From Amphiscolops sp. MND2022 (Eukaryota): a stretch of DNA of 64,000 nucleotides. Positions 13,419 to 25,190 of the stretch are shown here, piece by piece; the first letter of the stretch is position 1; the number at the start of each line of letters is the position of its first letter. Location: contig OZ076409.1 of the NCBI GenBank assembly GCA_964187785.1, forward strand, positions 40,116,001 to 40,180,000. The letters run 5' to 3'. Position numbers and translations under genes: made by a program. Below the pieces are notes generated by a model. It saw nothing but the letters and a program-made list of their open reading frames with translations, made no database searches and was not told the origin of the DNA.

Positions 13419-16400
13419 CGATTTTGGATCTTATTACCCATGTCACCCTGGAATTGGAATTTTACCTTGTTATTGGCATTGTTTTTAAAGGCTAGTCAAA
13501 CGCTGGTCTTCGGAGAGTCAAAAAGATGCCCGTTACTATTAGCATTCAAAGACTAGGACCGGTTCGAAGGTATTCGTCGAAGCACCCGCGGCCTCGGGAC
13601 GTATTTCATCCCTGGAGGCAAAATGGATCTGTGGCGATGGGCGCCCGTCCCGAGCGATTCACCCATTCCTGCAGGTTCCTCCGCCTCTGTTAACGAGATA
13701 AGCGACGGATAACAGCTTGTCGTTACATGAGGCTTCGCATCATTTTTTGGCGACCACAGAGGGATAGCTTCCGACTACTGCCCTATATTATGGTTTTGAA
13801 ATTTTTGACCCCCTGTTATTGGACGCCACGAACGATTTGGCTCTGGCAGGAGACGTTGACTCAATGTTTTTCCATGTTTTTTAGATAATATGATATCGTT
13901 TGCTGGTATTTTTCTGTGTTTCGGTGGAGTTTTCCGAATACCTGATGTATGTTTTGTTAAAGGTATTTGTTGACAGGTATGGTCTAAAATTGCACGTTCC
14001 TATCAGCGCGTACCTTTGTAATGGCTTAGCAAACTGCTAGAAAGCCGTTACGCATGTCGTAACAGGTGTTTTGTAGCTCATTTCAGCGTTTTTGGCTAAG
14101 TACGAGGTTTTCAATTGATGGATGCGCCATATTCCATCCACCTGATAGTTGAGCAGAAACGAGTGTTCCCGACTCCCCTTCCCCATTTCGCGTAGATAGG
14201 TGCTAGAAGCATGGTTTTTGGAGCTAGAGCAAACACTGACGTTGCCGACGGTCCAAACCGTTTCTCTCTAGCTGGTCTGGGTGTTGAGAAAAAAGACGGC
14301 GAAGGCACCACCCCTCATTCCGTAAGAATCAGTTTTTTGGAGTGGGGTATGAAAATTTTATTCGATTGTGTATTTTTCGATGGAAAACCGTTTGCCCAGG
14401 CTAGTTTTTCCCTGTTGCATTTTAGTGTGTGCTTTTGCACCTGTTTTCAGTGAAAACACTGCGCTTTTGAGTGCAAAAGTTGCAAAAACGTCGTTTTTGG
14501 CATTTTTGAGTGATTTTCTTGGTACGAGCCCAGGCGCTCTAAATTTATACCACAGGAGTTCCCAAAACTGATGAAAAGCAGCTCAAAACATTCAGAGTTC
14601 TGCGACATAACGTAATGTCCACCAGAGAAGCCGTTGGAGTCCTTTTTGAGACGCATTTGGTCTGAAAACACCCGGTTTTTTAGCGAAATTGGCAAAAAAC
14701 CAACATGAAATGCTACTAGGAGCGTGCCAGATAGTGATTTAATTGCCCTCTCCATGCTGCTATTAGTTTGGGGCACACTCCACAGTACCAAAAATAGGAT
14801 TCAAAAGAGTTTGTAACGTTTTCATAGTGATCACAGGTCGAAAACCCTTGATTTTTGACCAGTTCCAGGAAAGACCGAGTGCATAATTAAAACCTCTTAG
14901 TGTCTTTGAAGCCTGGGTGCTCGCGCACTCTCATTTTCTGTTTTTCTAATAAAAATAACGCCTAGTGGTGAAAACCGCTTGCAAAAATACCCATTCAGTG
15001 CCGAGAAAAGTGGAAAAACGCACTGAAATTGACCAAATTTTAACAAAACCGGGCTGTCTAATTGTTAGGGCCGGGTCATAGATCCCTGAACCCTAGTCAA
15101 AAAGTGTTTGATTTTCGTAACCACCACTAAAATTAATGCTATTACCGAAAGTTTGGTGAGCCTAGCGCAAACCAAAGTCGAGAAAAACTCTCTGACGTTT
15201 CGACTTCAGAAAGCACTGAAATAGCCAAAAAAGCTAAAACTGTGCTTAACAGGCACTGCTAATTGAGGGCTTGCTGTGACCAATGGGCCAATACGTTAAC
15301 CCCACAGAACCTGCCGTAACATTTGTAGTGTCGACCCTCTTAGCTGATTTGTGAAAAAAGCGTCAAAAAAGACTGTTCGGTACCTAGCCCAAATTCCTGG
15401 TAAGCTCGAGCGCTTCCATTGGACCATGGAATCCGTTTTGTGGGTGCCTACTGGCCACGCGTACACAAGTTTTGTGTCGATTGGTGCGATAGTCCTGAGA
15501 GATAGCAAAAAATGTACCGTCCAAAACAAGGTGCAAAAGGGGCATTTTTTGCAAAGTTTTTCGGAAAGATCCGGACACCTTAGCCGGAGAGTGATGACAA
15601 ATTGCCGCTCACTGATGTAACAGGTACTAGTTGAAACACCGCTAGCGAAAAAACCTGACCACTGACTTTAACCAGTGCTCAGAAATTGCGTGATAAGTGT
15701 ACATTTTGACCCCTACTGATACATAGCGGTACCGCACGTCCGTACCTAGGGGAAATCGTGCACAAGTCACGGAACCCAAATCGGTGTTCATTACCGTGTA
15801 CCTAATTGTGGGCGAGATCCTTTAACTAATTTTGGGTGGGATCCGACTCTTGAGTGACGAATACGAGCCACATGTAATTTTTTGTGTTGTCTAAGAAAAT
15901 TTAACATTTGTCATAAGTGCCTCGTGATCGCGCCCACGATCGTGTAACCCTCATCCAAGCTAATTTTCAGGGCTTGTGGGCTTCAGAGAATTTGAATTCG
16001 CTCCAACCCATAGAAGTGATTTCCACCAACTCGAGACGTGCATATCGCGATTTCGACTTAACGTTTTACCGAGACGAAAACTTGGAAAATGGGACAAAAC
16101 CCAATTCTACGTGTTGGAAACTTGTGAAACCCCCTAGTGTGAACTCCTATTCGTGATTAGTTCGCTGGTTGTGTGAAGTCTGGTCAGTATCGAGTAGATT
16201 GACTTACTGGAACACGGCATTTTGTTACTTACAGTTGTGATATCCTGGGTATTGTAACGAATTGACCATTTTTGAGTGTTATCGGCGCACCTCATCGGAA
16301 AATTGGGACCACATTGCTCTGGACCATTGTTGTCACTGTCATTTGGTGCACCGTTGTTGAGAAAGTGAGCTCGCGAGCTCAATGCTGTGGACAAGAGTCT

Positions 16401-16930
16401 TTGGTTGCACGTGAAAAATCGTGTCCCCTTAAGACACGGCAATACGGAACACTTGTACTGTATCTGAAACAGATCCAATGGCCTGAGACCCAATTGGTGC
16501 TTATCACAGTGTACCTGGCACTACGTGCAATCGCGTGGCTGATTTTGAGCCCGGTTTTATGTTTCCAGTCTTTGTGCGAGCCACTTGAGTAATTTACAAA
16601 AATGTTTGAAACTTTCAAAAATTGGCTTCAAAGACTCTTAAAAGACTCCATCTTGTGGCTGGAGGTATTTATCAGCTTTGGGAGGTCATTTTTCCAATTT
16701 GTTTGACAGAGCAAACACGTTGTGCAGTTTTTCACCCAGTACACTTGATAGAACTGAGTTTGACTGTGCTCAGAGACACGTTTTGGCCAGAATCCCAAAA
16801 AACCCGTCAGAAAGTTGAAAACATAAAACCTTAGTACACCCGCTTCACTGAAGGCAGAGATCAAAAGCCTTCGTTTTCCAACCGCACGGGTCTGGTAGGC
16901 TTTCCTGGGTGCAAACGAGGCCAATCCTAC
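13419..16930. mobile_element. Non-coding host sequence, possibly LTR/leader of the gypsy element whose gag lies at 45.4-47.0 kb
   Basis: GC-richer and without convincing ORFs. It joins 2153-2624 and 44734 onward once the TSD-flanked insertions are removed. LTR boundaries were not identified. Confidence 0.3.
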
Positions 16931-18183
16931 CATTACGAGACCTATCCCGGTAAAGTGGAAATCAGTCACGCAGCGTAATCTGTTTATTCAGTAAAATGGT
17001 CATTCAGTGTAAGTCCGTCAAGATGGTCAATGCCTGGACGGTGTAGCTGTGTCAAAGCGCGTAATGGAAAATAGTGTAAACTAGTCAATGCGCGTAGTTA
17101 GTTAAAAGTGGAAGTTAGTCCACAAATACACTTTTTCGTAATTCAGTCAAAACTTTGACTAACTTCCACTTATTGCAAGTATGGCGATCTGCTATTTGTA
17201 AAAAGTGGAATGGAGCTGCAAATAGGAAACCCGGTGACAAATCAATCAATTGTTTTAATAGTACTAACTAGTAGCTACAAGGTGTTTTGCACGTAAAATG
17301 CGTGGATAAAACACACGTGTACACGTGCGCAACTTGCATTGAAAGCAGATTATACGTACTATGCATGGTACCGCTCAGTAAAGATAACTAATTATAGTGA
17401 ATCATTGTTTACTTTGACTGTTTTACGATGTGGTGGTATCAATCAGAATTAAAAGGAACACTGCGTTTTGAATGCATATAAACATGATGTAAGTTAGTCA
17501 AAACTTTGACCATCAAACTTTAGTCAAAACTTCATCAAAAGTTGTTCAACTAATTTTAACTTTGGTTCCTGTCGTGAGCAAAGCACGGTCACTGGAACCA
17601 TTGGTTAACGAATTGATCTGGTCTGGGCATTTTGAGCCGGGGTATGTACAAGGATTAAATTTAATCCCTGTCATGAGCAACATCGATAAACGTTGTAACA
17701 AATAGTCTATACGCAGTTGAAACTTTATCAAACCGAAAACAATAGTTTATGGAATACCAATCATGAATTATGGAACTAAAAACGAAGCTTGGATCATGTG
17801 CCTTACCACCTCACATAAAAAATGTTTCTTAACATTTGTTAGTTGTTAATGTTCAATTGTTATTATCATTTATTCCATAATGTTTCTTTAATCATTGAAG
17901 AAATAATATATAATACTGGAACTTCGTGTAGATGATTGTATCTTTTTCCTTCAACCCGCCATTATGTCGATATAATGGTAATTATATATTGTAAAGAGAC
18001 CGCCAGAGACTAACTACAAGTATTAGTAATAAAAATGAATGGTTTTTTAAAGAAGTTTTTTCAATTGGCCAATTGAAGAGTTTGAATGTTTACAAATGCA
18101 TGAATGTTAGTCTTTTGACAAATACATGAAAAAATTATGTAGGTTTTAAAAATTTATGAATATGTGCAAAGCAGCGGCAAAGT

Positions 18184-18407
18184 GGGGACGTTGGCGCAGT
18201 CGATAAGTCCGTGGGTCTGCGAAGCTAAATGAGACTGTTAGTATCACAGGATCGATCCCAGCCACTATCACACTGGCTTGGGGGACTCGATGCAGACTAC
18301 GCTTACAAAAATTCCATTCATATTGATTCAGCAAAAGACATTGGTGTTATTCCGCAGAAGCTCCCACATGGAAGGATCACCGCGCCACTGAAACATCCTT
18401 TTTGATG
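18184..18407 (+). ncRNA. tRNA-derived Pol III-like unit (SINE-like), copy 1
   Basis: A-box-like TGGCGCAGTCGA (18192), B-box-like GGATCGATCCC (18249), 3' catcctttttgat. Alignable to 56108-56330 and 57425-57615. Confidence 0.5.
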
Positions 18408-18758
18408 CTTAGGTTCCAAATATCATAAGAGCAAATAACAAAATTGAAATTAGTTCCAAATACCAAAACTATAACCAAATATCCGGATAAACAATCGAAC
18501 TCAGGAATCTTTATCTGTAATTTCCATACTTTTTTCAGTAAACCTTTTGAATTGTGAATGCTTTTGGCCACTGAAATTTTCTCGTAAACCATTTTGATTT
18601 TGTTTTTTGAAACTCATTTCATTTTTTTTATCATTTGAAACTAATTGTTTTTGTGTTATTTGCTTTTATGGTATTTGGGAATTCACCCTTTCTGATGAGA
18701 TGAACTCCAAGGAGTGACTTTTTTCTATGCTGCAACTTTGTGTGGTGACCAGACCTTG

Positions 18759-20202
18759 CATTACAGTGCCAAAAGTGGGTTAGCACAATTTTGTGCTATT
18801 AAGTCACCGAAATCCACTGACGTATTGTTAAACATGTGTTTCACTGATTTTCAGTGGATTCCGCTGTAGCCTGTTCTGGATTCCACTAACATATCTAGCT
18901 AATGTACAAAAATGCGTGCACCGAATTCCACTGCTTTTCACTACCAACTGATTGAACCAATCGCGTCAGCTTATTTCATCTTTCAGCGGAATTCGCTGAA
19001 TCGTGCAGTGGATTCCACTTCGGCTTACAGTCGATTACAATTTGGCTCGCAGCCGATTCCACTTTGGCTCGCAGTCGATTCCACTTTTCAACTTGTGGAA
19101 TTGACTGCAAAACGAGTGGAATTGACTGTAAGCCAAAGTGGAATCCGCAACGCGGTAATCCACCCAAATCCACACGCGGGTAAGAAAAGTTCGTAATCCC
19201 TTCATATCATGTACCACTTCATCCATGGTAAATTAGTTTTGAACGCTCAAATCTTATGAAAGTGTGTTGATTATGTGAAAGCTGAATAATTTGAATGTAT
19301 CTCACAAATGAACACGTGAAAGAACACGTTCAAATAACACATCAATGAGACATGAATGAATTTTTAAAATATTTTCTCTCCAATTTTTCATGTTAAAACC
19401 TGATTGGAACATTAAAAACTTGAAATTTTGATTTCCACCATGAGGTGATTGAAAAACGAAAACTAGTTATAAACTAAAATCTTATTCAGCATGCAATTTG
19501 ACTAACAGTGATTTGACGCTACTTTAAAGTTTATTAGATGACTAAATTTGAATTTGTAGAACGGTAGAATTAATAAGGTCGCCGTTGCAGTCAGCTTGGA
19601 AGTATGATTCAATCAAAGAATGAAAAAAAGTCAAACCAAAGCGTTAAAGCGGTGCGAGTATCAAAATAAATTGATTGACAAAAACTCTGTAGTAAATATT
19701 TTGAACCAAATCAAGAAAATCTGAATTTTGCTTTTTGTGGCTCTTGCTGATTCTGAACATGTTTTTCATTCTCAAAACTGAACACGTGAGGGAAACACTT
19801 TTAGGCACTGAAGTACATGAACTCCACTTTTTTTCGATGGTTGATAACCTTTGTAGGTTGGTAATGAAAGAATTCAGTGAATTCCACTAAAACACTGCAG
19901 TGGAGTCCACTACAGCCAATGGTGGATTCCACTGCGGCCATCGGTGGAGTCCACTGCAGCGTTTAGTGGAATCCACTTTTCCTGTTAAGTGGAATCCATT
20001 GCAAGATCCGAATGTTTAAGATATTTGATAGTGGAATCCAATGCATTGCACCGAAATTCACTGCGAAGAAATCTCCAAAAAAAGTGAAATCGACTGCAAC
20101 GTAACAGCATTTGTTAGTCGATTACGCTGCACGCGTTCCAAAACTGCCGTCCAGCGAAATCCACTACCAAAATTCGAAATACCCACCTTTGGCACTGTAA
20201 TG
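18759..20202. mobile_element. 1.44-kb MITE with CATTAC termini and 2-bp TSD
   Basis: CATTACAGTGCCAAAAGTGGGT ... ACCCACCTTTGGCACTGTAATG (21/22 match). TG flanks both ends (18757-58, 20203-04). Many GTGGATTCCAC-type palindromic subterminal repeats. Confidence 0.85.
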
Positions 20203-21967
20203 TGGTAAATGATAATTGCAATATTATTCATGCTGAAAATACGTTATTTTTACGGCGTTCAGTTCTAAAAAAACAATAGCAAAAGTATTTCAATAATATA
20301 ATTTTGTTTCGAAGACTGAATTCATCTGCAAATTGAAATAATCATGAAGCAGCAGTTTCACGTGGCAAAGTTTCATCAACAATTTCAGGGCTTCAAAGAT
20401 GGACGCCAATAAGTTATCAAATCAAAAAGTATTGCAGTTAATTTTCACTCAATTATTTATAACCAAGGTCTGATGGTGACTCAAAGCAAATCGCTGAGGC
20501 TAAGTCCCTCCAAATTGATTCAGATGAAATTCTCTACACATTGATTCAGCAAAAGACATCTGACTTGTTCCGCTTAACAATGATAGGAATATCCCACATT
20601 CAAGGATGAATGCGTCACTGCATCCCTTTTTGATGAAAGGAATGCTCATTTCTGTTTACAAGATTTTGAATGTAAATTATTTTTAAAACTTTAGACTAGT
20701 CAGAATAACTTTTTAAATTGATTAATAACACAAAAATAGTGTGAAGAAGGTTTGTATCTCAATTCCAAACTGACACTTTGAAAAAAATTAAATTGATGGT
20801 TTCTGGTTTGTATTGACGTCTTCTTGTTATAATAATTTTACTAAATTTCAAAAATCCTGGCGGTGGAGGGAAAAGAGCTGAGAGGAACTCCAAGGACTCA
20901 CTTTTTTTCTGTGTCATAATTCATTGTGGTGAATCAATGCGAACTTCTGAGACAGTTCATCTCATATTGACTAATCAAAAGACATCTGCCTGTCTTCCTC
21001 CGCCTTCAAATGATAAGAAGATCTCACATAGAAGGATCCTGCGTCACTGCATCCCTTCAAGGTGACAAAGTATGTCACAAAAGTTTTAACGAAATGCTGA
21101 CCAATGGGTGACTTTTTGGAGGGAGGGGGGGCAAAATGTTCTCGGGGCAGAATACAACCAAACTACTTTTCCCCATCAAACGTTCTATTTGTTTTCTGCT
21201 GAAATTAAAGGTTATAGCTAAAGACTTTTTCCTGAAATTGTTATAGGAAAGAATTTTCTTAACACTGGGCGGAAATACTTCGTTAGAGAGGGGAATTTGC
21301 CCGATGAAATAAAAGAAAGAACCCCATAGATCGATTAGTAAACTTCTAAACTTTGATCTTTGTCGTGGTCCAGGATTTTTACACTGATCCGTTTTTTGAT
21401 GCCTGCCGTGAGCATGGGCAAAATTGTTCCAAAAATTACAATTTTGAAGACTTATCATCAAAATATAAAATCAAATTATCTCAATCCACTCATTTAAACC
21501 CCCAAGAAAACATAAAAGTAAAGTGAGTTTTGTTGTAAAACTTCCACTTCTCCCCCAATCACAAAGCTCTAGAACTCTAAACAGGGATGTAAAAACAATG
21601 TAACAAAATATGTCGACAATACAAAACAGACTTTGTTCAAGATTCAATTCTGTTTGTATTGTTGATTTTTTTTAATTCATTTGTTTTTAAATCCCTTTTT
21701 AGGACTAAAAATCTCCACTGTACGCAACTACGCTAATAAAACTATCTAATACTAGTTTGTCTAATGGTACAAACTAATAAAACGCCACTGTACTCTTTTG
21801 TACTAAATAAAGATTAGTTAACGACAAGATTAAAAAGCCATTAGTTTAAAAATAACCACCTTTTGAGCGTTGTAAGCGAACGATTCTTTCATCAAGATTA
21901 CCATTCATCAAATTTCAAACTTTGTTACATGAACTCATGGTTTTCAAAAAGACACGAGTAAGTCGTA

Positions 21968-22219
21968 CCTTATAAGGAAACGAAAGTTTCAACTTAGAGC
22001 TTTCATTTCCTTTCAAGGTTCCCGCTGTTCCCTTCCTCTTAGAAAGCTACCTTATTTGGTCAATGTGGTGATTCATCGTTGACGAACAGGCGCGCGCGTA
22101 CTACCTTATTTGGTCAGTGAGCGCCTGCTTGAAAGTACATCAAGTTTGATCGCGGTAAAATTCAAATTAAATTGGAGGTAATCAGATCTTCTTGAAGAGA
22201 CGAGTTTCCCTTATAAGGG
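21968..22219. mobile_element. Small TA-flanked MITE-like element with four CArG boxes
   Basis: ta|CCTTATAAGGAAAC ... GTTTCCCTTATAAGGG|ta; internal CCTTATTTGG at 22050 and 22104. Confidence 0.5.
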
Positions 22220-25073
22220 TAGGCAGTGAATTTATTTGAAGTTATTAGGCAGAAACATGCGATAGAATATGGATAACAAAACAGCGAAACATGGATTCAA
22301 AATGTCATTTTCAAGTGACCAAATCTTCGAGACCAAAACTTTTCATGCACAATATTATGTGAATTCAATCGGTCTTGTTTTCCATTATTACGATTTTGAA
22401 GATGAAAAATTTGTGCGTTCCGTTTTTTTGGTTCTTCTAGTAATAGCCCCGAGAACAAAATTTGGTTTTACATGAAATCTCCCTTCACAGAAGTTTCAAC
22501 AAAGTGTTAGGTAAGATATCGATACTTTTGTTTCCTTTCCGTAGTATTCAGCTATCTAAAAGTTTAGTCACTTAACTAAAACCTTTAAATATAATATTTC
22601 TTCGAATTCGTTTCTGGTTTAACCCCCTCCCTTCAAAACGATCATTTCCTCTATATTGAATCTCTGTACTGAGTACTCTTTGAAAAAATCCTGAAATTTG
22701 GTCCTGATTTGAGCGCAATCACATTAAACAATTCAATCACATTAAACAACTATTGTCGGCCAGATAGTATTTGTTGTCAGTTGTAGCTAATTTTTTGGTC
22801 CCCGGTGTAAGCGCCTGATGTAATAAAGTTTTTTTTAGGTTAGAATAGGCCCAATACACTAACGCATGGTCATCGTACAACGGCGCGCCAGGTGCGTTTT
22901 CAACTGCTCCTAGTCTTTGTTTCCGGAGATATCTTATAGGGACTGTTGCGTTGAAGGAAGGATCGTCTTTTTTTCGACTTCTACGAAAAGTTTTGTCTGT
23001 AGGTGATGAATAGAATTAACTTTCCAATCACAGCACAAAATTTCAACAACGTCTCCCCGGTGCTGATGGGGGCACAGACTAGTGCAATTCGTTCAAGTGG
23101 GGTAGTTTTAAACTCTGTGAGGGTCCTCCAATGATAATAGCCTGGGATGACTTACATCAGGGTTACCGAATAAATTATTGTAGTCACTATTCCACAATTG
23201 AAGAAATATTAGGAAAATATTATTTAAAAAATTATTACTAACCCATTAAACCTATTTTGGATGGTGAAAAGCGAACGATAATAGATACTTTTGCCAAAAT
23301 TGAGAACTCAATGCGCTTCGGAAAAATTGAAGAAAATGCACTTGCTGTACGTGCTTTTTCTCGGGAGGACGCAAACAACTTGAAACGTTAAACTTGCAAT
23401 CATTTGACCCTCGAAGTCTAGCGAAAATGGTTCTACCTCTGTTAAAAATATTGAAGTAGTATGTTCGGTAAGCCTGCTTTACATCAGATTTAATCTTTTT
23501 AGGCATCTTAGCGGGGATCGTGGCACCTATTCAGCTGGTTCGGCCAGTGTATATTGAACTTTGTTGTTCCTAACACGTTTTGCTCTCATGTAGCCCAGAA
23601 CATCAAGGCTCAGTGTCAATTAAACGCTACGGCTGTAGCTTGGATTTGGCGTTTCGTTTTTTCGGATGGGCCTTTTTTCTATAAAATCATGGAGTTTTGG
23701 GGGGTGTTTTATCTGCTGTATGTTTTGTGTTGTAATCCAACCATTTGACTTTCGCCTGGAAACCTAAAAATTTTTTAAAATGTAATTTATTGAACAAAGC
23801 TCATGTACAGTAGTGATATTTCTAAACGCAACAAAAGGCAAGTCTCAAAATCGAACATTTTTAAAACAGCTGCAGTTTCTGAAACATAAAACAGACAAAA
23901 GTTTCTCAGATTTTTATCTAGTGTACAAATAAGTTTATTTGAAGATTATGCGATGAAAATTGTAGAAAATACGATAGTCTATTTTTAGCCAAATTTAAGT
24001 CAAAATTGAATTTTTTCCCACTTTTGCTCAAAAGTTTAAAAAAATTTATGTCCAAAGTAGTGTTTCTGAATTTTGAAAATACATTTATCGAGATACAATT
24101 TAGAAACATAACCACTGAAAACATTTTTTTCTCTTAAAACTATTTTGAAATCAAACAATTTTGAGTCGGTCAAAACCTCAAAAAACTAAAAAGTGATGTT
24201 GTTTTGGAAATTGCTCTCGAATGTAATTCTTCAGTAAAAAATCGTACAGTTTAACATCTAATAAGTGGCAAACAATGTTACGTGTTACACTGTTTGCCAT
24301 GTTGGAAAATACATGTTTGGGAAGTTGAAATATTGTGAAAAACCAATTTTTTTGAAACTCCGGATCTTAAAATGAGTACCGAAACAGAAACAAAGTAATG
24401 CCTCATGAGTTTGGTGAACTTCAGTGACGTAAGTTGATCGCCAAAGTCCACATTCTTCTTCAAAACATTGTAGGAGTTCTCCGGATTTGAAAATTTTCGA
24501 GAATGTCTGCATTGTGTTTGGCACTCGGTTCAAGACGCGGTACTAGTAGTGAGTTTAAGATGACTAGATTCAGTGTCTTTGCAGTGAGATAAGACTAATA
24601 TTATGTTGCTTCAAGCAAGCTAAAGTAAAGTATCACTTCAACTTGAACTGAATTCAACCGAAACTTGAATAGCTAAACTTGTCACAGCCACCAAACCAAA
24701 TTAAACCACAGAACCAAACTGGGTTAATTTGTTCTAGAGTATTTTGCCGGGGGCGTTCAGTGGAATCAATTGGGTAAAAATCTAGCTTTTCGGAAAATCA
24801 AATGAAATGCACAATGAAACAATTTAATTATTTGATGATGCTTTTCAGTACTATTCAAATAATAGTAATGGACGATGACTCCTAGGCTGATGATGACCAT
24901 TTTCACAAGGCACACTTCAGTCAATACTCAATCTGGGTTGAAAATTAAACAACCAAAACAAATTGGGTTTAATTGCTCCAGAGTATTTTGACCGGGCGAA
25001 ATTTAGATTTTCGGATAATGATGATAATTATTCGGTGATTGGATAAAGATGCCAGAATGGATAATGAATGAAT

Positions 25074-25190
25074 AGCTACACCTTCCAGGCATTGACCGTC
25101 TTGACTGACTTACGCTGATTGACCATTTCACTGATTACACAAATTACGCTGCGTCACTAAAATCCACTTTACCGGAATGTGTCTCGTAAT
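25074..25190 (-). repeat. Inverted, diverged copy of the element A left end
   Basis: Its reverse complement attacgagacacattccggtaaagtgg...ggtcaatgcctggaaggtgtagct aligns to 16932-17048. Confidence 0.85.

Noticed and set aside
13419..16930. Many 60-120 aa ORFs on both strands
   Set aside because: No recognisable motifs or exon chain; consistent with chance ORFs in GC-richer DNA.
18764..20197. Tc1/mariner reading TA|CAGTG...CACTG|TA
   Set aside because: Inverted symmetry extends further out to CATTA/TAATG, with a TG duplication beyond, matching two other CATTAC ends. Not fully excluded.
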